A stretch of 64,000 nucleotides of DNA. It comes from Saccostrea cucullata. Lineage: Eukaryota. The stretch is taken from positions 558,001 through 622,000 of the forward strand of contig NW_026938254.1 in assembly GCF_032062105.1 (NCBI RefSeq), given 5' to 3'. The notes under the pieces are model-generated. The model saw only the letters and a list, made by a program, of their open reading frames with translations, ran no database searches and had not been told where the DNA came from. Of this stretch, positions 1 to 12,227 are shown in pieces; position 1 is the stretch's first letter, and each line of letters opens with the position of its first letter. Position numbers and translations under genes: made by a program.

Positions 1-998
1 AAGCAGTTCACAGATAATGTTGATGAGTTGAGATCAGAAGATTAAAAAACTCTGGCTACCAAAAAAAAAAAAGAATATAAAAAATCCAGGCTCTTGAAAA
101 AAAAACAAAAGAAAGGAATGAAAATATGAATCGTAATCGATCAAAGGATCCAAGTGATGAAATTCTGAAAATTCCAGAGGGAAAGCCAATAAGATTTTTT
201 TATTTGACCACCTCTGCTCAAAATCCTTGAAAGCCCTTTTAGCTGATGCCCTAATTGCTGAACACACTTTTCTGCCAGACAGTGAGACTTGGATTAAAAA
301 TCATTCCATTTTAGGCATACACTTTGAAATACGCTGAATAAGGAACCCACTCTCCTCTTGACCAAGTAAGGTTAAGGATTCTGCAAAGAGTCGCGTTTGA
401 ATTGAAATTTTTCATAATTTATTAGGAATGAACTACATAATTTATTTATTATCGTTATCACTTATCAGAGTTGTTTATTTGAACAAAGATTTTGTTACCA
501 TGATTGGAAAACAAAAATTCTGTGAAATCTTTCAAGATGCTATTAAAATATTTTCTTTAATTTACAGTTTTTCATTTTGCATAACTTATTAAATCTTTTT
601 TTACTAAAAGCAAGAACATTCATGAATAGTTCATGAACATTCCTAAATAACTTTTACAAATTATTCATGAATAGTTCATGAAAATGCATTGAACCAGTTA
701 ATATCATTCATGAACTTTTCTTGAAAGTTCATGAATATAATTCATTAACTTTTCTTGAAAGTTCAAGAATTATTCTTGATCATTTTGCAGGCATTTAAAA
801 AATCCAAGTTTGTTCATGAACAACAAATAATTCTTGAATATTCTTGAACTTGGTTTTCATGAATAAAATCCATGAAATCATGAGTGTCCAATTTTAACTT
901 CATGGGATCTTCATGAACAATTCATGAGCTGATTCAAGAATATAATTCATGAACTTTTCTTAAAAGTTCAAGAATTATTCTTGATCATTTCGCAGGGG
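1..998. mobile_element. Probable end of a degraded DNA transposon: subterminal TTCATGAA-type repeats and a decayed ORF on the minus strand
   Basis: Dense TTCATGAA/TTCTTGAA palindromic motifs at 610-990, a ~50-bp block duplicated at ~740-791 and ~944-996, and a stop-interrupted minus-strand frame at ~34-380. Family not recognised. Confidence 0.35.
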
Positions 999-999
999 G

Positions 1000-2545
1000 A
1001 GTTTCAATTTTCATTGTTTCATGATTTGAACAAAATTGTATCTACACTACCTGATGATGCTTCCATATAAATATGACAAAATTAATTTGAATTAACTTGA
1101 ATCTACACTAACTAAGGATGTTTAAATAATTCTTTGTGTTACTGTGGCTTTTTTCCCTATGAGTTTCAACTTTCATTGGGTCATGATTTGAACAAAATTG
1201 TATTCACACTACCTTATGATGCTTCCATATAAATATGACCAATGTGAATTAACTTGAATCTACTGAATCTACACCAACTAAGGAAAAAGATATTCCAATG
1301 TAAAAATTTGATCATCCATTGTGGCCTAACCCTATCCCTGGGGGTCATGATTTGAACAAAACTGAATCTACACTACCTGAGGATGCTTCCTCATAAATAT
1401 GACCAATTATGGCTTTGTTGTTCTTGAGAAGATAATTTTTCAAGATTTTCCCCATATATACCTATGTAAAACTTTGATCATCAATTGAAGCCCCACCCTA
1501 CCCCTGGGGATCACGAGTTGAACATACCTAAATATACCCTACTTGAGGATCTTCCACATTAGTTAACTTTCTGACCCAGTGGTTCTTGAATAAAAGACTT
1601 TTTAAAAATGACTTGAATCCCCTTTACCCAAGGATACTTTGTGGCAATTAAGTTTGATTGAAATTGCAGGGGTCTAGACTTTTTTTTAACTCACTTGCTC
1701 AAGGGCAAGTGATACAATAAATTTCACTTGCCCACCTAAAAAAATCACTTGCCCAACAAAAACATGAAACAATCAAGTTTTATAAAGATTTTATTGACAT
1801 TATGTTTATATATCCATTTACAGGCTAACATTTTCCCCATGGTTTGAATATGTGAATATTTTTCCCCCAATTAAAATATTTATGCTATTTATGTCTCTGA
1901 TATACTACAAATATTTATATTCTATATTGCATTGTATTTTTGATAAAGATATATTAATACACTGTATGCTATATTAAATTGTATTTTTAAGGTCAAAATT
2001 ATAATTCAGTGGATTATAACATTTATTTCGTTATTTCTAACATTAATCATTTAAACTTCAAGAGTTATAGCCCTCAAATCACGTTCATATCAATTCCGTA
2101 AAATCGAAAATGTACCGTATTCAGTTTTTCATTTATACAGCAAACAAGCATTTCCGGTAGTGATTAGGTACATTAGATTTGATGGGAAACCCTTCATACC
2201 ACTTCACACAACTCACTATCTAAGTAAATTAATTCAAATCAATTTTCAATCAAATCTCGTGAAAAGAACAACTTTCAACAACATATGAGTCTACCGTCAT
2301 TTATTTTTTACTTTCCCGAGCGGGTGAGCATAACCCACAATCGTACTTTCCCGTACAAATTTTTACTCACCCCGGGCAATGGGAAAGCGTAATTCTAGAC
2401 CCCTGAATTGGTCAAGTGATTCTTGAGAAATCAAAAATGTGAAAAGTTAACAGAGGGAATGATGCATGGATGTCAAACAGATGGATGCCGGACAAAATGT
2501 GATCAGAGAAGCTCACTTGTTTTTACCTTGGGGTGAGCTAAAAAC
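1000..2545 (-). mobile_element. Helentron-type non-autonomous element (HINE) with degenerate ~166-bp internal repeats
   Basis: 2500-2545 is the reverse complement of the head TTTTAGCTCACC...AAGTGAGCTT.TCTGATCAC seen at 58685. Repeats with tcatgatttgaacaaa...aatctacact are the reverse complement of the 59-60 kb array. Confidence 0.75.
1667..2405. mobile_element. Non-autonomous hAT-like element with 5-bp TSD, nested in the HINE
   Basis: TIR CAGGGGTCTAGA...TCTAGACCCCTG; TSD AATTG at 1662-1666 and 2406-2410. Confidence 0.85.
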
Positions 2546-3245
2546 AAAATAAGTCCAAAGATCATTTCTTATTGGGTAAATCTCATTCCTACCATTTTGA
2601 TCTGGAATTGGATATTTTCACCCAGTTATTTTAAATCTTAGAAAAAAATCTATCCATAATTTTTTATTTCCATGTTATATCCATGTAACAAAATTAGAAA
2701 GTATCAATGATGAAATTGCAATTTAGATTTTTTTCATTGAAGTTTGATCACTTAATGCATCTAGGAAAAGTATTTGAATTTTTAAAAAAAAATTTCTTGG
2801 AGTTCAAAAGATTTCCAAAAAATATAGGTTTAAATGTAAATATTATTACAAAATTGTGACAGATCAACACATAAAAATTAAAGTAGATTTTGAAAATTTG
2901 CTATAAAAGATGTTAATTTAATTGTTTTTACTATTACCATTAATTTGCTATATTTGTTATATTTGTAACATTTTACAAGAAATTGTTAAGAATTTTGAGA
3001 GAATCGCTAAAACATTTGCTATACCCTCTTTCACTCTTTATGTGTTTGTACTAAATGAGTTATACTGTATTAATAAATATCATGAATAAAGACATTAAAA
3101 GATTCCTGAATGAAAAAAAATTATTTGACCCCCCTTGAAAAGCTAAAAAGTTTAGACAGGGTTTATATACATGTACAATGGCTAAACCTGCTTAAGGAAT
3201 CAATTCAGAGGTATACATGGTGCATAAGAGTAGGGGGAGTCGTAC

Positions 3246-3384
3246 CTGATAGAACCACTTCCACAAGGCACCCCTCCTTGACATCAGCTGGACTGGTGAT
3301 GATTTGTAGAATATTGGAACTTGTGTTGTCATGTCTAAATAATAAAATTTTGTCCACTAGACTGTAGAAACCATGCTCTGGAAA
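3246..3384 (-). CDS. PRKD: Protein kinase D, second coding exon (139 nt)
   Basis: Acceptor tttcag, then [46 protein letters not shown], then donor gtacg. Corresponds to [26 protein letters not shown]......I.EG.L.EVVLS and is in phase with exon 1. Confidence 0.93.
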
Positions 3385-6300
3385 CTGAAATAAGAAATGA
3401 AAATAAATAATATTTATTAGTGTAGATTCCATGTTTCAAATTAAACAAAAATTGCAAAAACTGTTCTTTTTGAATACAAACATAGTCCACTGAAGAGTAA
3501 CATCATATAGATATAATTCATGGATATTTTCTCAAATTTGGCTCTACTGGTCAAAATCAAATAGAGTTTATGTGATAGTTATGCATCAATTGTCTGACTG
3601 CTTGTCTGTAAACAATTTTTCAAAATGATCTCCTTCTGGTTTAATTTATTTTCTATAAAGCTTTATACATAAGTGTATTTCTAGTGCAGGAGTCTTTATT
3701 TAGGTATCAACACATTTGAACATGCTAAACTTGACTTTTGAATAACCTACATTAAAAATGGTTACACTTTGCCAAACATTATCCATGGTCTTGACTTTTG
3801 AAGGTTGGTGCTGGAGCTTTTATATTTCACAAGTATTTTCATTTGGTCAGCCCTTTCTTTGGTCACACCAACACTTTTTACCTTTTGACTTTGAACTTTC
3901 ATTATGACTTAATTTTGAACAACTTGAGCTTTGACCATAACTTTTTGAATGGTGGGTACCCCATACTGTATCAATAACATGAGTTATTAATACTATTTAT
4001 GTATTTTTCTAAAAACTGAAATTCCTCATTAAAAAGAACAAGTATTCCAATTCCTGTGACCAAGCACAAGATACCTCTTATCATATTGCTTTGCTCACCA
4101 GAAATTTTAAAAATAATGAGCTTTACAAAATGATACACCCCCCCTTCCAAGCTTCCATAAGAATATAAAAGCAGAGTCCATGTTATGCTAAGGGAAATCC
4201 AAATACGTGTCTTATCAGATTATTAAATAGAAGTACATCATGGAACTATACAATAAAGATTCTGTGAAATTCTCATTAAACTTTATTGAAAACTGCACAA
4301 AATTTGCTTTATTTTTCTTTTATAAGTTCTTAAAAAAAATCAATGAAATTCAGATAGATTTTCATCAAGCCATCAAAATGGGTCTTGGATAAATTGTTTT
4401 TTTTTTTTTTGGTGTATAAAAAAGTCAAAGGGGAATCAAATAAATTATATGAATTGATCTAGGATAAGTGATTTTTTTGTATCCAGTTGCATTGTAACTT
4501 TAATGGCCCTTGTTTAAAATATATTACAGTAACTATACAACTTCAAGCAAGTGTTGATTAAGGCAGTAATGATGAAATTGTTGAAGTGCATGTCTAGTGC
4601 AGCATAGTAGAAATAATAATATTAAGAGACCTTCAGTACAACTTCTCATATCTTTTGTTTTATTACGTGCTTTCAATTACCACTTAAAACCACCCTGCAT
4701 ATATATAGAGCATTCATCTGATATGGTAGGATTGCTTCAACAAGGAAACAATTTTGTTCTGTAGACAATTGCTAATAGTACAAGTATGACACTTGGAAGA
4801 AGCAATGTAAATATTAAGTATGTTTATATGTTAATGTGCAGTAAGAACTACAGGATTGGTATTTTATTTGCTGAACTAATGTTTAATTAAAAAAGAATAT
4901 ATTTGAATACATTCAAAACAACTTATTCATTGATATATACCAGTAATGCAAATTTATATTACATGCATATATATGACTTAAATAAAACAATTGTCTCTGT
5001 TTTTGTCTGTCATTCTCTGACATGAAAGTTTACATTCATTGTTATAATTTTGTGAGATACACAGATTCCATACGTTCTGATGCATGTATTGTCACTGTTA
5101 CCTGTATCAGCTATAGGTGTTATGAACATCTACAGCAGTCTGAGATTACTTAGCTGTGACAATCAATCCAACACCCTCATCACAAAGCCCTACTAGCAGC
5201 ACACTGAATTAAGTAACCCTTAATCATTGATTAAGGCCAAAGAAATCTGATAGGAAACATCTATCTCAATGTAATACTATCAAATGACGAAACTGCTAGA
5301 TTTGATGAGACATGCAGTTACTATAGAAACTATTGGTTTTTACACTAAGTATGATGAATACAGTACAATATACCAGTAGACTAGCACAGAAAACTGTAAG
5401 AACACCATCTATTGATTGTCAGTAAGTCTTCAGTTCCACATACAATAGCAGGGTCTTTTCAGAAAGTCCGTTAATTACTTCAACATAAAGCCGCCTATGC
5501 TCATGACAGATCGTCATGCAATGCACATGTATTGATCTTCATTATATACTTAACATATGCCTTTTAAGACAAAGAGATATAATCTTAATTAGGAGCAAAT
5601 GATAAACAGTATCTGTAAAAGGCTCTCTTCTTCTTGTTTGTAGTTAAATGATGTATAATACATCTGAATAACATCCCAGTTTAAAATTAGAATTAACCTG
5701 AGCAAACTAAAAAAAAATAAACTTCCTGCAAATTTTTAAAAGTGCTGCAATGTTTCTCTTTTAGAAAATTATAATGTACCAGACTCGTATAATACATATT
5801 ATCCAAAAATAAAGGAAATTTATGACTGTAAAGATTCAATCACATTTTTATTAGTGAAGATTTAGAGAATTGTGGTGCCAGTTGTGATACCCACTTTCAA
5901 GGTTATACTTTAACTTTGGTGGTTGGGGATCAATAAACTAAGGCATTCTGAAATGATTTTTCTGTCCATTCTTGTTTGCTCATCATCCAGAAGAAGTTTA
6001 TAATAATGTAGTATACTCGGAACTAACTGAAATTCAAGGAATCAATTCATTTTAAAAAACAAAATATGCTCTGTGTGTGTGGTGGGTGGTGGTGGTGGTG
6101 GTGGGAGGGGGGGGGGTTCAACCTCAAAAAACAAGTGTGAGTATTGCACAGACACTGTAATAGCCAGTTGTGTTCAAATTCTTATTTAACACCCATCATT
6201 AGTACAGAACATCATATGCATCTTCCGATTTTCTATCATCTGAACTGAATGTTCAAAAAGTTATTATTAAAAGGTGCTAATGTTAACAAGAGCAGTTAGT

Positions 6301-7234
6301 TGATTACTGTATATTGTGGTCCTCCACACAATATTCCAATTAAGAATTGTTATTGGATAGACTCAAACCAAAAAAAAATCTTAAGAAATATGCTTCTAGT
6401 GGATGAAAACATTACAAGACAATGCAGCACTTCAAATGACACCTCATATGTGTAGAAACAAAAACACACTGACAACTGGGCATGATATTTTACAAAAAAA
6501 GAATATATGTCTGCTAGAAATTATTCTATGAAGAATCATTACTAAAGAAAAGTTTTTTTTAATAAAGATTCTTCAGGCATAAGTGAGGAGGGGAATTTCA
6601 TGTCTGGAACATATCTCTACACAAGTTATCTCAATAAGGAAGCATGCACAAGAGCCTCACACCATCTCATTAAATACAATACCTTCGTCAGTTGCAGCAT
6701 GCAAGGTGACACTTTATTCATGCCATTCACCTTCAAACAAGCAGACATACATTAACATACACCATTAGCCAGTTTAACAACATGCAAAGTAATTCATGCA
6801 ATATTACATGAAATTTACTGCATGCCCAGCTTTTTTGTAACCCTCTCCCAGACCCCCCCCCCCACCCACCCACCCCTCAAATTTAATTGAAGTGAAATGC
6901 AATGTGTTCACATTCTCAGTTGTCATTTAAACTTCTTCATTTTTTCCCTTTTTTTAAGTAAACTGTCGGACTTTTGACTAGGACAAAACAAAAAATATAC
7001 ATCACACCCTATTCACAAAACTGATGTGTTCTTTTCAATGCATCATTGTGCATCAAGGAAATAAAATACTTCAAAACAGGTATTCAAGCCTCTGGATAAA
7101 TATGAAGGTTATAAGGAAGGAGTTACTTTATACAGAACTCTCAATGACATCATGTTTTGAATACTGTCATTGAATTTTACTTTTTATTAAGTAAGTGAAT
7201 TTGTTTTTGAAAATAAAAGCTGCTTTATTTGTAA

Positions 7235-7489
7235 GGCCATCTTTAAAAAATTGTTTGCTTGCCCTCTTCTGACTGAGGATAAAATAATTGGTTGGTAGGT
7301 AGGACAATTATACAGTGTATTTTAAATTTGTTTCCAAAATAATTTACCAATTTAAGAGTACCGTACATGTATTAATGGAATAAGGAAATTTCAGAATGAA
7401 AAAAAAAAACTTCTTGAAGGTTCAAAAGAGTTTTAAAACAAGTACAGTTGATTGGGAGAGGGCAAACAAACAATTTTTTAAAGATGGCC
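7235..7489. mobile_element. MITE with GG termini and TAA TSD (PIF/Harbinger- or Zator-like)
   Basis: ~33-bp TIR GGCCATCTTTAAAAAATTGTTTG.TTGCCCTCT; TAA on both sides. Confidence 0.8.
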
Positions 7490-7510
7490 TAAGCCTAAAC
7501 ATTAAATCAA

Positions 7511-7780
7511 TACTGTAAAACGAGAATATATGGCATACTACTAATTTTAGCGCCTTTGGTGCAAGAGCCCCTGACCACTAAAATTTACTGTGCACTAACA
7601 GATTTCTAATGAATATTAATTTTTGTGTGTTTTCAAAGCTTTCACATATTAAGTACATGTAAACTGGAACGCGCGATTACGTAATCATGCCGAAGGGTCA
7701 TTGGATTTTTATATACACACTATCACTGTAGGATCGATTGAGAAAGTTCTACCAAATTATAAATTAATTTAACTATTGTT
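7511..7780 (-). mobile_element. Truncated copy of the MITE at 48794-49549
   Basis: Begins TACTGTAAAACGAGAATAT and is the reverse complement of ~49290-49549. Confidence 0.8.
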
Positions 7781-8037
7781 TATTTTTACCCGATTATTCA
7801 ATCCTAAACAAAAGCGTTGAATATAAAATGAAAATATGCATAAATCTTGTCAAAGACTGAACTTCCGCTAGACTATAAATTAGTGTAAGTGTGTGTGTTT
7901 TCTTTAAAACAAAAAAGTATCTCAAATCAAATTGAAAATTTGAGAAGTTGTAAACGTACACAGTCATATATTGGGAAAAAACCTTTATGTGGGCTAAAAA
8001 AAAAATTTCTAATTTTCCTCTTTACTGTATGGAACAT

Positions 8038-8236
8038 AAACCCAGAATGTCTCCAGCCCTCCTTGTGATCAACTTTACCTTGACTTTTAACCCCAGAGTG
8101 TCTCCAGCCCTCCTTGTGATCAACTTTACCTTGACTTTTAACCCCAGAATGTCTCCAGCCCTCCTTGTGATCAACTTTACCTTGACCTTTAACCCCAGAA
8201 TGTCTCCAGCCCACCTTGTGATCAACTTTACCTTGA
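8038..8236 (-). repeat. 51-bp minisatellite x~4 spanning the donor of the candidate PRKD alternative exon
   Basis: Unit aaccccagaatgtctccagccctccttgtgatcaactttaccttgactttt at about 8038, 8089, 8140 and 8191. Confidence 0.95.
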
Positions 8237-8280
8237 TCTATAGCTAAAGGGAGATTATCATGTTTGATACCATGGGACAT
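8215..8280 (-). CDS. PRKD: Candidate alternative first (or cassette) coding exon of PRKD, 66 nt
   Basis: ATG with A at -3 and an upstream in-frame stop. Encodes MSHGIKHDNLPLAIDQGKVDHK, then AAG|gtgggc. Phase 0 fits exon 2, and the VDHK end mirrors VDRK of exon 1. Confidence 0.55.
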
Positions 8281-9369
8281 CTTTATAAAAGATGTTCTCC
8301 ATCAACCAGGAACTTAATTGTTTACGTGGTGCATGTGATGATGATAACAGGCCAAGAATTAATTAAACAAAGAAATATCCTTTTCTAATTATGCAAAAAA
8401 TATTGCTCATGGTGTTAAAAATGCATTAACAATTGGAGTTACTAAGGGAGCATTTTACTAGACATTTCAAGAACTTTTTTTCTCTAGTGAATTTCATTTA
8501 GAACTTGTTACTACTGGATGGCAAAATCTTACCCTCGATCATGGCAGAGAAAACGAGACTCTACAAACATGCAATAAATAACCTGTCAATAGACATTACC
8601 AGGTAATTAAATGTGCAGAAAAAATAATGGCGAGCGAGCTCTAATGACAACCTCTAGGGAAAACAAAATTTGAACTATTGCACATTCATTCAACAGATTT
8701 TTTTTTCTGTAGTAACTTTAGACCAACTAAGCATCACTTGTTCAGCTATTTTCCATCAAGAATTCTACAACAGTTCAACAAAAAATAAACTCAGCTTTAT
8801 TTAATGGATAAATTGCAGAAAAATTGTAAAAAAAATGTTCTTCATTAAAATCAGCATTGTTCACTTTCAGGTTTCGGTTTCGTAATGCAACTTACAGATG
8901 ATGTCCTGAGACTTAAGAGTCTAGAAGCACTAAATATCTTGTGCCGCATGAAGGGACTCGAAATACAGTAAAGCCACACTTGTCATTTTAAAGAAACTCC
9001 TGAGAGAAGAGAAAATTCGGACTTTTGCACATTGATCCAAATGATTTTTTTCTCCGCAGCTATCTGTGGTCCCATAATGCTTAGTGAAATGCATCTTACT
9101 GCAAACTACACTTTCACACACGTTAAAAAGAAATTTCAACAAAAAAATAAACTCACATTGATTTCAAGATTTGACAATAACTTTTATGAGTACTAGATCA
9201 GTTGGGCTACTTTCCATAATTCTTACTAACCCTGGCAATAAAATCAGTAGTCCTGACTAAACTTGCAAATTTACATTTCATAGTCTCCTAATTTAAATGA
9301 AGTAACTTTTAAAACCATACTTGAGGGATTTTTGGTTTTATAATGTGATCATGCAATTTGCCTGAGTGA

Positions 9370-10111
9370 TAGGAGGATTTCCACCTTAGTTTGGACTTTC
9401 AGTAAAGTGTGGCATTCTCGGCACTATGTAATTAGCGTCTGTCAAATGCTGAATAGATTCTCATTGGTTAAGAAATTAATCAGGAACTTTAAATTGTTGT
9501 TGACAACGATGAGACGACTTAAGCTCCACCTCTTTGCCGGAGAAGACAATGTTATTGGTTATTCGATACACTAATTGGCATTTGCCAGAAATTTCTATCC
9601 CATGTATGTTTCAACAGAGAACAGTGTTCGAAATTCACTATGTACAACTCGCAAAATGCAAGTAAGAATATTCAAATTGCAAGTTATAAATTTTATACCT
9701 CGTAAAATTTTGCGAGTTGATCTTTATAATTGTAAATTTCACCATGGTAAAAAATATCTGTTTATTCTGGTTTAAGTCTTTCTCTCTTTAGTTACTGTTC
9801 ATATCAGCCATTTTTAAATTAATATTTAATGCGCATGTGCCATGTCTGTTGATCGTGTAGAAAATTAAGTAGATTTTAAAAAGAAAGATAGGTGGTCTTT
9901 TATTTTTAAAAAGCTTTCATTTTAAACTTGCGAATTGTTTTTTGAAATTGCAAGTTCAGTTTTTTGGTTCTCGCAATTATTTGCGAGTTGTAATTTTAGG
10001 AAGTTTCTACCCCTGAGTGAAGGAAAGCTGTGTAAATTTCAGAAGCTAATTACATAATGTTGAGAATGCCATGCCTTACTGAAAGTCCAAACTAAGGTAG
10101 AAATCGTTCTA
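9370..10111. mobile_element. TIR element with ~65-bp imperfect inverted repeats
   Basis: GATTTCCACCTTAGTTTGGACTTTCAGTAA...ATGTAATTAGC versus GCTAATTACAT...TTACTGAAAGTCCAAACTAAGGTAGAAATC. Confidence 0.7.
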
Positions 10112-10571
10112 ATTTGTTCAGACATGGAAGGTGTTGAAGGATAAAATTTTCGTGCATCATGAAAACCCTAAAACCTGACTGTTATTACTTACACATGTAC
10201 AATGAATTTAAATTGCTCGGCCAATTAACAAGCTAGATCCAGGCCCTGCCATTCTCTCTCTCTTACCCCGCACATGATTTTTTTTGTAACAACGCTTATC
10301 GATGAAACAAATGGTTTATGAAGAAATCAAGTTATTCCATTTTGTTAAGTTTTATCTCAGACAAATTTGAACATGTAAATAAATAAAACCATCATCTCTA
10401 GTATCACTGTATGTGTCCAAATTTACTTCAACAGACTGTCTGATAGGTTGCAGCCTATTCAGTCTGGTTAATAAGAACATGCATGCAAATAATAATTATT
10501 AAAGGATATTCACCAAACTCTAATAAAATAATTGAAGTATACATTGTTTGGTAATTATTTATTCCAATTGA

Positions 10572-12227
10572 GGCCAAAATAAAATTATAGTTTGTCTCCA
10601 ATTGCCGCCCGCCTCATTGAAATACCCCCAGCTCAAAAAATTTTATTGGCAAAATATTGCAAACATTTTTTTTACCGTTTTATCGTCCTCTTCCACTGTT
10701 AATTAATTACAAGTTAGTTCGTTCGTCGAAATAGCTTTTTAAAGTCGGGTTTGAGCTCAAATTAATTTAACAACACCGGTCAATAAAACGCTTTCTTCAT
10801 AGTATTTATGACATAGCGATTATAGGTGACGATTTGACAAAATGAAAGCCGCCAAAATGTCAGACCAGGTTGGATCAGTGGATGTGAAAACATTCAAGCG
10901 TCGAAGGACAGAACAATTATGCATCTCCATGAAAATAAAAGGTGAATAAAAAACTAAATGGAATGATACACCCATTACACCGATACCTGGAAAGAGCAAT
11001 TGTAATAGATTGAACTTGATAGGCTTAGTCCATCATGTTGAAATTAAAAATGATCGTTCAGACCCCAGTTATAAAAAATTACATGGATCAGAAATGTTTT
11101 ATCCCAGATACTAAAGGAAAAATGTTATTTGTCAGTATGACAAGTCTTTAAAATGTAATGTTAAAAGTAGCTGCAATAATGTAGCCCTCTCCAATTTTTT
11201 TTATCTGATGTTTTCGGGAGAGGGCTACAATTCCACAGCATCTCCGTAATGGTGCAAAAATATTTTTTAGATATGGGCGACTGCAGGCAGAATAAATTGT
11301 TTTTACATTCAACTTACTTCTAATAAGACGAAATTTTTATTCACTGTTGACATCATAGCTCGTTAAACGTGAAAACCATGTAAAATAAATCTGTGTATTT
11401 ACTTCAGCAGCCATGACAGTTCACGCGTGACGTACTGAGACTTGCGCTTGAAATTTAGAATAACTAAATAAAGCAAATGTCGATGTTTATAAATAATTGT
11501 GATGAATAGTAACACTAAACATCGATAAATAAAATCATTTCATGTGTAATTTTTCGTAAACAGTGATATTAAAGCTTAAAATAAGGTAATTCCAAAGAAA
11601 TCCGCTCCCTATAGATCCTTAATCTCATTGGCTGTCCCAAAATAAAATATGTCAAGGTCAGTAAACATGGCGGATAAATTGAAGTTGTGATGTCATACAC
11701 GAAAAATACGGATATATGGATTGTTCTGTATATTTTTGGATCGATTTATGTCTGGAATAACTACATTTTGGAAGTCCAGGTAAGACATATAAACAAAATA
11801 GCCACCAACTCAATTTCATCCGTGTAATGCTCTGCACCATTAAGATCCTAAGGTGTTGTAGCCCTCTCCCTGACCCCCCCCCCCCCCAAAAAAAAAAAAA
11901 GGGAGAGGGCTACATTATTGCAGCTAGTTAAAAGTGATTCATGGCGTATACAATAGAACGTCATACCAATCACCCCCCTCCCACTCTTCCACAAAATATC
12001 CCAACTATTCTTAAGGAATTTTGTGTGGTTCGCACTGTTTGTAAAGGTTGTCCTAACAAAGAGCTAAATTTCAAAGAGAAACGCTATGAAATAGTGATAA
12101 AATTATTGTTTAAAGAAGATTTTTAAAATAAACTAGAAGTTTGAAAAAAAAATATATCCCTCCCTCCCTCCTGGGTCTGAAAACTCCCAGGTGGCAATTC
12201 CAAACAAACATTTTTTTAAGGATGGCC
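10572..12227. mobile_element. Non-autonomous element with GG termini and 3-bp TGA TSD, related to the 7235-7489 MITE
   Basis: GGCCA...TGGCC ends flanked by TGA; the right end caaacaaacatttttttaaggatggcc resembles the 7.4 kb MITE end. Confidence 0.65.
11168..11926. mobile_element. hAT-like MITE with 8-bp TSD, nested in 10572-12227
   Basis: TIR TAGCTGCAATAATGTAGCCCTCTCC; TSD GTTAAAAG at 11160-11167 and 11927-11934. Confidence 0.88.

Noticed and set aside
34-380. Further PRKD exon at the left edge
   Set aside because: The translation has no C1-domain (His/Cys) signature and contains a stop; it is more likely a TE relic.
6070-6117. G-rich tract (GGT)n/poly-G as a G-quadruplex element; also the C-tract at ~6847-6876
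   Set aside because: Simple low-complexity sequence with no supporting context.
7927-8247. Overlapping repetitive ORFs (117, 86 and 67 aa)
   Set aside because: They arise from a stop-free 51-bp repeat; only the first 22 codons on the minus strand look exon-like.
8541-8901. Tiny spliced plus-strand ORF (MAEKTRLYKHAINNLSIDITR|FRFRNATYR*) antisense to PRKD
   Set aside because: Only 31 codons with no recognisable homology; the splice-like signals could be chance.
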